64,000 bases of DNA from assembly GCF_013823385.1 (NCBI RefSeq), contig NZ_PNMA01000001.1, positions 288,135-352,134 on the forward strand. The letters are read 5' to 3'. Under the pieces are notes generated by a model, which ran no database searches, was not told the DNA's origin, and saw only the letters and a program-made list of their open reading frames with translations. The position numbers were made by a program, and so were the translations under genes. Origin of the DNA: Hyphomonas sp. (lineage in GTDB: Bacteria; Pseudomonadota; Alphaproteobacteria; Caulobacterales; Hyphomonadaceae). The first letter of the stretch is position 1, and every line of letters begins with the position of its first letter. Shown here one piece after another: positions 18,905 to 26,757 of the stretch.

Positions 18905-19782
18905 TGAGAGAGGCCGGAATCGGGGGAAAGCCGTAGGCGGACGATGGCGCCGTCGCGGACAACATCAAGCGCGATCGATTGAGAACTCATTACTGCAGAC
19001 TGGATCGCCTCGGGGCCCATGCCCTCGATGCTGGCGCCATTGACGCGCAGGACCATATCGCCCGCCTCAAGGCCGGCTGACTGGAAGTGTCCCTGGCCGC
19101 GGGGGGAGAGGCGGTAGCCGGCCACGGCGCCGTTGCGCAGTTCCGGTTGCATATCCACATCTGTCAGCAGCAGCGCAGGGGTGACCGGCGCGGCGCTTGA
19201 GCCAGCGGGAGGCGCAGAGGATGTTGGCGGCGCCGGTTGAGCCGGCTGGATGCTGACAGACGCGGCGCTGGACGATGAAGACGAGCCGGCAAACAGCGGC
19301 TTGTTCGGATCGTTCAGGAGAAGTTCCTGAAGCTGGCCGTTGAAGCGCAGGAACACACGGTCTGCCGCGACGGTTTCCAGGACGGCGCCCGAAACGATCT
19401 GTTCACCGATGGAAAAGCGCTTCTGGGTGTTATCCGGCAGGATCAGGACCGCGCTGCTGGAGCCGGCGGCCCCGTCCGACCAGCGCAGGCCGGCGATCTT
19501 CAGATTGAGAGAGGTGGGAACGGCGATCTGGCTGGGCTCGGCAGCGCTGGCGCGGAAGGGGTCTGTCTGGGTCAGCAGTGCCAGCGAGGTCTGTGCACCG
19601 GCCGCGCCGGTGACAGCGGGGATCTGGTGAAGGGCGCTGGCGCCGTCACCCGGCGCGGCAATGAGCCAGGCGAAACGGGCCAGCAGCAGGCCTGTGGTGA
19701 GGGCGAGGGCAGCTTCGATCGCGGTACGGCCGATCGAACCATACGCCAGCCGAGTGCCGCCTTCCGGTCCGAACAGTTTCAT
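18901..19782 (-). CDS. gspC: T2SS protein C with PDZ-like C-terminus
   Basis: TM, HR domain (PTSLNLKIAG...FSIGEQI), and GLEAGDMVLRVNG PDZ. First gene of the cluster. Confidence 0.85.
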   Translation of the reverse strand: MKLFGPEGGTRLAYGSIGRTAIEAALALTTGLLLARFAWLIAAPGDGASALHQIPAVTGAAGAQTSLALLTQTDPFRASAAEPSQIAVPTSLNLKIAGLRWSDGAAGSSSAVLILPDNTQKRFSIGEQIVSGAVLETVAADRVFLRFNGQLQELLLNDPNKPLFAGSSSSSSAASVSIQPAQPAPPTSSAPPAGSSAAPVTPALLLTDVDMQPELRNGAVAGYRLSPRGQGHFQSAGLEAGDMVLRVNGASIEGMGPEAIQSAVMSSQSIALDVVRDGAIVRLRLSPDSGLSQ

Positions 19783-19817
19783 CAGCCTTAGACTCCTGCG
19801 AGATACAGAGCTTCTTA

Positions 19818-19846
19818 ATCACACTCTTGCGACAGTTCTGAGACGA
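19818..19846 (-). promoter_or_regulatory. Weak Pho-box-like 11-bp periodic array upstream of gspC
   Basis: Minus strand reads TCGTCTC AGAA CTGTCGC AAGA GTGTGAT; several mismatches to CTGTCAT. Confidence 0.25.
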
Positions 19847-19941
19847 ACACTGGCCTGAGTGAACAGGTTATCAGCAGATCGAGCGTAGAAATGTATCCGG
19901 TTTTCCGTAGCTCGAAAGGCTTCAGACTTCACTAAAAATAT

Positions 19942-19976
19942 GAGGCGCAGCAGGTGATTATATCCTGCTGCGCCTC
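19942..19976 (-). terminator. Rho-independent terminator after the TonB-dependent receptor
   Basis: Perfect 13-bp stem GAGGCGCAGCAGG/CCTGCTGCGCCTC, followed on the minus strand by ATATTTTT. Confidence 0.85.
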
Positions 19977-20019
19977 GAATCTCATCCGGCTTCTCTGGTG
20001 GCGGGAAAATTAACCAGAG

Positions 20020-22671
20020 TTAGAATGCCGCGCTGAGGCCAACGGACAGGGTTGTGCCGACTTCGTACTGGTTTACCCGCACATAGCCGTCATTGCCGGT
20101 CTGATATTCCTCGAAATCCTCCTGGAGGAGGTTTTTCGCCTTGATATCGAGCGTGAAGGCTTTGCCGCGAAGGTCGAAGCCCTTCTTGTAGACGAGATCA
20201 AGGTTGATGCCCGGATCCTGCAGGAAGTCAGGCTGGCCGGCCGGCGCGCGGGCGGTGACCCGCTCGCTGGCATAGTTGGCAAGAAGGGTCAGCTGCGAAC
20301 GGGCAGCCTCGTCTTCCCAGCCGATCTGCAGGTTGGCGATATGCTCCGACTGCCCCTGAAGGCGCGTGCCATCGATGATGAAGTCCGTAGCGGGACGGGG
20401 CTGGCCGCCCGCCTGCAGCGGAAACACCACGTCTCCGGAGCCGGCCTTCACCTCAGATGTGGTGTAGGTGTAGTTGGCCTGCACCAGGAATTCCTTCGAG
20501 TCGAAGAAGGCTCCCTTGATCGGGCTGTCGAAAACACGTTTGAAGTCGATCTCGGCGCCGTAGAGGATGGCTTCAGGCGCGTTGAGGTAGGTCTGGAAAA
20601 CCGAGGCGCTCTGCTGAACCACGACAGATTCCACCGGACGGTCGAGCTGCTTGAAGAAAACGCCCGCGGTCACGGCCTGGCCGCGATCAAAGTACATTTC
20701 GTACCGGGCGTCGAGGTTCAGGATTTCCGTATCGGTCAGGTAGGGGTTACCGATGAAGGTCCGGCCGCTGTCCGTGTCGTAATACTGCTGGGGCGCAAGT
20801 TCGCGGAACTGCGGGCGGCCGATGCTCTTGGAAGCCCCCAGACGAAGCTGCTGATCTTCGGCGAAGTTCCAGGTCAGGGTAAGGGCCGGCAGCAGGTACT
20901 GGTTTTCCAGTTCCGGCGGCGCTTCCGGCGCAGTTTCTGAGGAGATCAGTGAGAGGGGCGTTACCGACTGGGTAGCGTCTTCGAAACGCAGGCCGACAGC
21001 GGTGCGCACCAGAGGAATGATTTCCGCATCAACCTTCGCATAGGCGCCGAAGACCTTCAGGTCTGCGTCATAAGCGGCCGCACCGGATGAGCCAGTGGTT
21101 TCGCGCAGGACAAAGAGATCAGGATTGATGTTGTAGTTTGCGAACAGGAAGTCCGGGCGCTGTTGCGACACGAGGAAATCCAGTGGCGGATTGCCCACAA
21201 TGAAGCTGAAGATGCGCGCCTGGGCGCTGCGTTCGTTCTGATAGGCTTCCACCCCCGCCGAGTATTCGATGTCGCGGGCGGAGGAGAGCGCCTGAACATA
21301 TTTCAGATCGGCGCCACCGCTTACAACCTTATCGTCGAGGAAGGAGAACGTCGTGCTGTTCGACGAGCCCGAACCCGAAGGATCGTAGATATAGCTGTTG
21401 GTGAGGTCGCTGAATATGAAGCGCGTGGCCCGCTCATACGGAGCATCGCGCTTGGTCTGGGAAAGCGCGGCTCTCCAGTCGAGAGTCCACGGGCCGCGAT
21501 AGTGGTCGCCGTTGATCTGGGTGCTGTAGAGTTCGCGGGCATACCAACCCGTGCGGTCATCCCGCACATCGCGCGACGCCAGATCGTCGTATCCTTCGCG
21601 GATGCTCGTCTGTTTCGTGGTGCGGCGGACGTAGAGATTGGTCCAGTTGAACTTGTCATCGCCAAAATCAAGACCGACGCCGAAGAGGCCGTCCCAGCCG
21701 ATGTTTTGCTCCGTAGTCAGATAATCATAGGTAGAGGTGGCGCTGAGAATGCCGCCGTTGATCTCGCCGACTTCCTGCCGGCCATCCCGCGTACGCCATT
21801 CATTGCTGTAGCCAAGGACACCGATGATGCCGAGTTCTGCGCCGCCGAGATCAAAGGACGTCCCGCCAGAAGCTTCATAGCTGCCGTTCATCGGGATGCT
21901 GTCATTCGACTGGATCAGGTTGATGGGCGCATTGGTGAATGCCTGGCCCATAGCCTGCAGTTCGGCGTTGGTGAAGTTGTTGTTCTGGATCCGATTGCCG
22001 GTAGCCATAGCCTGGCGCACCAGGCCGGGGATCTTGCGTGTGCCATCGTCAAAGCCGAGTACATCGCTGTCGGCGCCGTAATGCGTGATGCCGTCCTTAC
22101 CGGTCGTTTCGGTATTGTAGCTGCCCGAGACGCTGAGTTCGAGGAAGCGTTCCTTGGGGATGTTCAGCGTGCGAAGATCGATGATGCCACCACCGAATTC
22201 GCCCGGATACTCAACCGAGTAGGTCTTCTGGACAAGGACGTTTTCGAGAATGTTCGTAGGGAAGAGATCGAGCGGAACGACGCGCTGGAGCGGTTCCGGG
22301 CTCGGAAGGGGGGAACCGTTAAGGCGGGCAGCAGAATAGCGCTCACCCAGGCCGCGCACATAGACGAAGCGGCCTTCGGCAATCGTGATGCCGGTTACGC
22401 GTGCCAAAGCGGAGGCGGCGTCGGAGTCGCCCTGACGCGCAAGGTCTTCCGGCGCGAGGAACGCGGCAACCTCAGAGGTGCTGCGCAGCACTTCCGGGAT
22501 ATAACGCCCAAGAACCACAACCTCCTGAAGTTTAAGATCCTGAGCTTCGGGTGCTGCCGCCTCAGGGGAGGTTTCGGTGGAATTTTCGGATTGAGCCGAT
22601 GCGAAAGCCGGCACGAGGATCGCTGTCGAAGCGATCAGCAGGGTCCGGAGGGACAGCGAGCTGAATTTCAT
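20020..22671 (-). CDS. TonB-dependent outer membrane receptor
   Basis: Signal peptide MKFSSLSLRTLL, TonB box EVVVLG, plug motifs (ALARVTGIT, YVRGLGERYS, LDLFPT), and C-terminal Phe. Confidence 0.95.
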   Translation of the reverse strand: MKFSSLSLRTLLIASTAILVPAFASAQSENSTETSPEAAAPEAQDLKLQEVVVLGRYIPEVLRSTSEVAAFLAPEDLARQGDSDAASALARVTGITIAEGRFVYVRGLGERYSAARLNGSPLPSPEPLQRVVPLDLFPTNILENVLVQKTYSVEYPGEFGGGIIDLRTLNIPKERFLELSVSGSYNTETTGKDGITHYGADSDVLGFDDGTRKIPGLVRQAMATGNRIQNNNFTNAELQAMGQAFTNAPINLIQSNDSIPMNGSYEASGGTSFDLGGAELGIIGVLGYSNEWRTRDGRQEVGEINGGILSATSTYDYLTTEQNIGWDGLFGVGLDFGDDKFNWTNLYVRRTTKQTSIREGYDDLASRDVRDDRTGWYARELYSTQINGDHYRGPWTLDWRAALSQTKRDAPYERATRFIFSDLTNSYIYDPSGSGSSNSTTFSFLDDKVVSGGADLKYVQALSSARDIEYSAGVEAYQNERSAQARIFSFIVGNPPLDFLVSQQRPDFLFANYNINPDLFVLRETTGSSGAAAYDADLKVFGAYAKVDAEIIPLVRTAVGLRFEDATQSVTPLSLISSETAPEAPPELENQYLLPALTLTWNFAEDQQLRLGASKSIGRPQFRELAPQQYYDTDSGRTFIGNPYLTDTEILNLDARYEMYFDRGQAVTAGVFFKQLDRPVESVVVQQSASVFQTYLNAPEAILYGAEIDFKRVFDSPIKGAFFDSKEFLVQANYTYTTSEVKAGSGDVVFPLQAGGQPRPATDFIIDGTRLQGQSEHIANLQIGWEDEAARSQLTLLANYASERVTARAPAGQPDFLQDPGINLDLVYKKGFDLRGKAFTLDIKAKNLLQEDFEEYQTGNDGYVRVNQYEVGTTLSVGLSAAF

Positions 22672-22709
22672 GAGATAAGATCCTGAATGGATGCTTGAGA
22701 TGAGAAGAA

Positions 22710-22737
22710 ACGGAGGCCCCGGTTGAGAGGCCTCCGT
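22710..22737 (-). terminator. Hairpin between the lipoprotein and TBDR genes
   Basis: ACGGAGGCC-N10-GGCCTCCGT 9-bp stem, followed on the minus strand by TTCTTCT. Confidence 0.6.
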
Positions 22738-22750
22738 CATGGTCATGGCA

Positions 22751-24322
22751 TTAATGGCAGGTCGGCTGGCCGGGCAGGCTGCAGGTCCAACCCGCATACC
22801 AGGTGTCGTTCGCATTGCGGACGGCGCCGATATAGTCGACCGGCGTGAGGAAGCCCGTGATGAACGTGTTGCTCGTGCCCAGACCGACCCCTGCGTTCAG
22901 CGCGGTGGGGAAGGCAGATGCGGTAACAGCGTTCTCGTTCGCGCCGTTGATGAACCCGCCCGTCAGGGTGGAGGTTCCGTTCAGCACGTTGGTGGGGTGG
23001 GTCAGCAGCGCTTCGACGGTGGCATCCGGGATGTCGGTTGCCGGCGTGGTGCCAGCCGCGCCGCCATCACCATTGCCGCCGGCGCAGGAGAAGAACACCG
23101 AGCGATAGAGCGGACCGTTGCCGTCAACGCCGTTCGGATTGTTCAGCGTCGAGTTGGTGGCGATGTTCACGCACTGATGGTTGCCCGGATGGCGGATAAC
23201 CGTGTTGTAAACGCGCGCCGTGTGGCCGGTATTGTGGACGATGGCGTCCCGCGTGCTGTTTTCACGCATGACGACTGTCCAGTTGGCGTAGGTCGGACGG
23301 GTGAAGAAGTCAGCCGTGTTGGTGCCGCGCGAGCTGGTTTCCCAGCCAAAGTCCCCGCCACCCGAGCGTTGATAAACGATGCCGAACTGAGCCGCGCCGC
23401 GCCAGCCGGAGTCGGTGTCGAAGCCATCATCATCGATACCAGTCAGCACGATGTATTTGAGGTTCACGTTGCCGCCGAAGATCTCGATGCCGTCATCCGA
23501 GCTGTTGTGAACCTGGACGTACTCAAACGTGGTTCCGTTGCCGACGCCGGCCAGGGTGATGCCGTTGAGTTCGTTGTTCGGCGCAATTTCAAAGCCGGAG
23601 TAGGAGAGGCGGAGGTAGCGGATACGGCCGCTGTTGTCGGTCGGTGTGTTGCCGCCGTAGAATGCGTCTGCGCCTTCCACCTGTGCCTCACAGGCGATGT
23701 TCGGAGGGGTTACAGCGCCGCAGCCATCCGTCGTCGGAGCACGGCCCAGGATCACAAGACCGCCCCATTGGCCAATCGAGTTCTCGGTGGTGTTTCCTTC
23801 GATGTCTGTGCGGCTCGTCATAATGATCGGGTCGTTGGCTGCGCCTTCAGCGAAGATCTGCGAACCACGGTTCACGAGAAGGTAGTCGCCACCCGAGTTG
23901 CCGAACAGCGTGACGCCCGGCTCGATCGTCAGGATGCCCGACTGGCGGCCCGCAATTGGGGCGTTCGGGTCACGGCCGAGATCTGTACCCACCTGGGTGC
24001 GGCCAGCGATTGAGTAGAGCGTGCCGGCCCGCTTGGGAACCACGAGGTTGCCAGTGATGGTGCTGGGCAGCTGGCAGATGCGGTTGTCAGCAAGAACGCC
24101 GATATTTGCAAAACCGGCCGGGCAATCAGCAGCCGGACCGCCGGTCGGGGTGGTTGGGGTGGTCGGAGTGGTTGGGGTGGTCGGGGTGGTGGGCGCCGAC
24201 GGCGGCGGTACGAACGCGCCAACGCCAGGCGAGGCGACGCCGTCGGCGCCGCTGCAAGCGCCAAGCAGCGCGACTGCAGCGCAGCCGAGAAGCACCGCGC
24301 GGAAGTTATTCTTGGTCAACAT
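22751..24322 (-). CDS. Surface lipoprotein, probable beta-helix, ElpS-like
   Basis: Lipobox LGA-C, RBS GGAG before ATG 24322, (PTT)5 linker, and GQWGGLVILG / NELNGITLAGVG / SSDDGIEIFGG / DDDGFDTD motifs. ElpS similarity is inferred from synteny, not alignment. Confidence 0.8.
   Translation of the reverse strand: MLTKNNFRAVLLGCAAVALLGACSGADGVASPGVGAFVPPPSAPTTPTTPTTPTTPTTPTGGPAADCPAGFANIGVLADNRICQLPSTITGNLVVPKRAGTLYSIAGRTQVGTDLGRDPNAPIAGRQSGILTIEPGVTLFGNSGGDYLLVNRGSQIFAEGAANDPIIMTSRTDIEGNTTENSIGQWGGLVILGRAPTTDGCGAVTPPNIACEAQVEGADAFYGGNTPTDNSGRIRYLRLSYSGFEIAPNNELNGITLAGVGNGTTFEYVQVHNSSDDGIEIFGGNVNLKYIVLTGIDDDGFDTDSGWRGAAQFGIVYQRSGGGDFGWETSSRGTNTADFFTRPTYANWTVVMRENSTRDAIVHNTGHTARVYNTVIRHPGNHQCVNIATNSTLNNPNGVDGNGPLYRSVFFSCAGGNGDGGAAGTTPATDIPDATVEALLTHPTNVLNGTSTLTGGFINGANENAVTASAFPTALNAGVGLGTSNTFITGFLTPVDYIGAVRNANDTWYAGWTCSLPGQPTCH
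24143..24193 (-). repeat. 9-bp coding tandem repeat encoding (PTT)5-PT
   Basis: GGTGGTYGG-type units, 51 nt = 17 aa. Confidence 0.9.
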
Positions 24323-24430
24323 CAATGTCTCCGTCATGAACCCTGAGCGGGCGCGCTGACGGTTTCCCCCGCCGCGCTCGCCAGACGTTAACTGCCGTCT
24401 GCCCGCAGCGCGGAGCCTTAAGATTTGATT

Positions 24431-24470
24431 GCAACACTTACGGGAAGTTTAGATGACACTTACATGAAGC
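24431..24470 (-). promoter_or_regulatory. Four-unit Pho-box-like array upstream of the lipoprotein
   Basis: Minus strand GCTTCAT GTAA GTGTCAT CTAA ACTTCCC GTAA GTGTTGC has an exact 11-bp period. A -10-like TAAGGC lies 10 nt downstream. Confidence 0.6.
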
Positions 24471-24490
24471 TGTCGCGCAGCGCGACTTGT

Positions 24491-24508
24491 GTGACACCTT
24501 GGCAACAT
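24491..24508 (-). promoter_or_regulatory. Additional Pho-box-like pair
   Basis: Minus strand ATGTTGC CAAG GTGTCAC. Confidence 0.4.
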
Positions 24509-25356
24509 TACAGATTTGTGGAGTATTCGGCGGGAAACATCTCCCCCCAACCCCGTTCCCGGAACCATTTGGTAATGACGTATTTCACGCCCGAGCGTAC
24601 CTTCATCCCGTGATGGATCGTGTACGGATTTACGGTTCCGTCCGGATTCAGATTGTTCCAGATCACGGCTTTGCCCTTTTCGGGCATGATGGTTTTCTCA
24701 AGCCTGCGAAACCGGGTGCCGCCACCTTCTTCCACATCATTGAGATAGATCATGAAGGTCCAGGTGCGCTGGCCGGTGAACTGGCAGTGAACCTGATAAT
24801 CCCTGGTTCCCGGCATGAAATAATCATAGTGCGCCTTGTATTCCTGATCGACATCATAGCGCTGCGTTTGCGTGGCGTCGGAATAGGACCAGTGAACGCC
24901 GAGGGCTTCGGCGATGAGTTCGTCCAGCTGCATCACCAGGTTGTGGCCAAGCGAGCCGATATCGGAGGAGCGTGACGTGCGGATCTTCGGGTCAGCGAAG
25001 ACATCTGTAGTGGTGGAAGCACGCAGGCGCTCATCTGTAAGGGCGATCAGCTGGTCGCAGATCTCAGGAACAAGGAAATTAGGCCAGACATAGAGCTGTG
25101 CCTTGGACACAGGAACCCGCCGCAGCAGGGGATGGTTCAGAGCCCGCCGGGTGAGGGGGGCATTGGCGAGTGCGGCATGGTCCACATCTGAGACCGGCCG
25201 GCGGCCGTCATAGGCAGCGCGCATGAGTGCGCGTACCGCCGCGTCGTCAAACCCGTTCTTGATGAGCAGGCGTTTGACCTCATGCGGCTCCACCCCTGAT
25301 CTCAGGCGCACCCATGTGAAGGTCAGCCACTCATCGCTGATAGTCGTGTTTGTCAT
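24508..25356 (-). CDS. 2OG-Fe(II) oxygenase, prolyl 4-hydroxylase-like
   Basis: RTS, QRYDVDQEYKAHYD (HxD), TFMIYLNDVEEGGGT, HHGMKVRSGVKY, and TKWFR. No signal peptide. Confidence 0.9.
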   Translation of the reverse strand: MTNTTISDEWLTFTWVRLRSGVEPHEVKRLLIKNGFDDAAVRALMRAAYDGRRPVSDVDHAALANAPLTRRALNHPLLRRVPVSKAQLYVWPNFLVPEICDQLIALTDERLRASTTTDVFADPKIRTSRSSDIGSLGHNLVMQLDELIAEALGVHWSYSDATQTQRYDVDQEYKAHYDYFMPGTRDYQVHCQFTGQRTWTFMIYLNDVEEGGGTRFRRLEKTIMPEKGKAVIWNNLNPDGTVNPYTIHHGMKVRSGVKYVITKWFRERGWGEMFPAEYSTNL

Positions 25357-25393
25357 CGCAGCACCATTCCTGTGGCGTGAATAGTGCAGGGAT

Positions 25394-25411
25394 GTGACGA
25401 TCAGATGACAC
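25394..25411 (-). promoter_or_regulatory. Pho-box-like pair upstream of the dioxygenase
   Basis: Minus strand GTGTCAT CTGA TCGTCAC, then 10 nt, then TATTCA (25383-25378). Confidence 0.6.
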
Positions 25412-25474
25412 CAAAAAACAACGTAGGCTGATTAAAAATCGATCTACACGGAATATACCATATTATGTATCTCA

Positions 25475-25503
25475 TTGACGCAAATATGTAAAATATGTAC
25501 TGT
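25475..25503 (+). promoter_or_regulatory. Sigma70-type promoter, probably giving a leaderless CAP transcript
   Basis: TTGACG-N17-TACTGT ends 7 nt before ATG 25511. No RBS is visible. Confidence 0.55.
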
Positions 25504-25530
25504 GACAGTTATGTTACAGTGGAAATACAG
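25502..25530 (-). promoter_or_regulatory. Strong Pho-box-like array overlapping the CAP gene start
   Basis: Minus strand CTGTATT TCCA CTGTAAC ATAA CTGTCAC. The last 18 nt match the E. coli consensus CTGTCATAWAWCTGTCAY at 16/18. Confidence 0.65.
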
Positions 25531-26290
25531 AGCTTTGTCACTCCTCGCTCTGGCGATTGCGGCGCCAGGGGTGGCCCTTTCGGAAGCCGGTTCGCCGGCG
25601 CGTTTCTCACCCGGAGAATCGAACGGCATGATTGCTGCGGCAGACCGTTCGAACGTCAGTAGAGATCTTCTTACTGCAATGGATGGTGTCCGGCAGGATG
25701 CCGGCCTGGCGGAATTGGCGGAGCATCAGAAACTGTCCCTCGTTGCCCAGGAGCATGCAAGGGACATGGCGCGCCGGCACTATGCGGCGGACGTCTCCCC
25801 CGAGGGCCGAACGTTGCTTGATCATGTCCGGCAGGCTGACCGGCAGACGCTTTACAGCGCGTTCGGGACGGCAATTGCCATCGTGGATGCTGGCACCAGC
25901 GCAGAAACCGTGCTGGCGGCACTGATGTCTGATCCGGCCAACAAGGCGAACCTGCTGCGGTCAGGCTTCGATCATGTCGGGATCGGCGCAGTCGAGCAGG
26001 ATGGCCGGCTTTATGTCGTGCAATTGCTGGCGCGTGTTGAGGGGCAGCTGCAACGGCCGCTGCCGGTCAATTCGAGCGGCGCAGAGAGCCTGCGTGTGGA
26101 CCTTGCTGCCCGCGGCATGACCCCGGTGAGCTGGTCGCTCAGCGATGGCGCGGGGGCAACCCTGCTTCGCGGTACCGGTGAGCGTATTCGCGATCCGCGC
26201 GGCACAGGCGCTGAAGGATACCTCAACCTCGACGTTGCCATGGGGCCGGACGTCTACACGCTGCGTGGGCCGTATGTCCGCGTGAACTGA
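25511..26290 (+). CDS. Secreted CAP (SCP/PR-1) domain protein, degenerate
   Basis: Signal peptide, VAQEHARDMA, and NKANLLRSGFDHVGIG CAP motifs, plus a C-terminal extension. Confidence 0.8.
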   Translation: MLQWKYRALSLLALAIAAPGVALSEAGSPARFSPGESNGMIAAADRSNVSRDLLTAMDGVRQDAGLAELAEHQKLSLVAQEHARDMARRHYAADVSPEGRTLLDHVRQADRQTLYSAFGTAIAIVDAGTSAETVLAALMSDPANKANLLRSGFDHVGIGAVEQDGRLYVVQLLARVEGQLQRPLPVNSSGAESLRVDLAARGMTPVSWSLSDGAGATLLRGTGERIRDPRGTGAEGYLNLDVAMGPDVYTLRGPYVRVN

Positions 26291-26321
26291 GCGGGGGATC
26301 TGTCCCTGGCTGGCAGCCAAG

Positions 26322-26354
26322 AAAAAAGCCGGAGCATCACTGCTCCGGCTTTTT
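26322..26354. terminator. Bidirectional Rho-independent terminator
   Basis: AAAAAAGCCGGAGCA-TCAC-TGCTCCGGCTTTTT between convergent genes. Confidence 0.9.
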
Positions 26355-26373
26355 GCTTTCCGAGGGAGCCAAC

Positions 26374-26757
26374 TCAATCGGCGGAGAGCGCGCGAAGAAC
26401 CTTCGCCATCGTCTCAAGTTTGGCAACGGAGCTCGTGCGGTCGATCAGAGCATGACAGCGGGCGCGTGATTCGCTCACCGGGTCTCTTGATTCCTGCGAA
26501 GCGGCGTCGGAGGTCTGAAACAGTTCGGCAATCGGCACGCGGAGGGCGCGGGCGACGCTGGAAAGCATACCTGCGCTGAGCCGGTTCGTGCCGGTCTCGT
26601 ACTTCTGGAGTTGCTGATGGCTAATGCCCAGTTCCTGGCCAAGCTCGGACAGGGTGAAGTTCTGAGCAATGCGGAGTTCCCTGATTTTTTCGCCGACCTG
26701 CTGGTCAACCTTTGTGGGAGAGCGGGAACCAGCGGCCCGGATTTCTTCTTGCATCAT
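26374..26757 (-). CDS. XRE-family transcriptional regulator
   Basis: VDQQVGEKIRELR...LGISHQQLQKYETGTNRLSAG, a common alphaproteobacterial HTH type. Confidence 0.9.
   Translation of the reverse strand: MMQEEIRAAGSRSPTKVDQQVGEKIRELRIAQNFTLSELGQELGISHQQLQKYETGTNRLSAGMLSSVARALRVPIAELFQTSDAASQESRDPVSESRARCHALIDRTSSVAKLETMAKVLRALSAD

Noticed and set aside
21163-22686. 507-aa plus-strand ORF
   Set aside because: Antisense shadow of the TonB receptor with no motifs; expected in GC-rich DNA.
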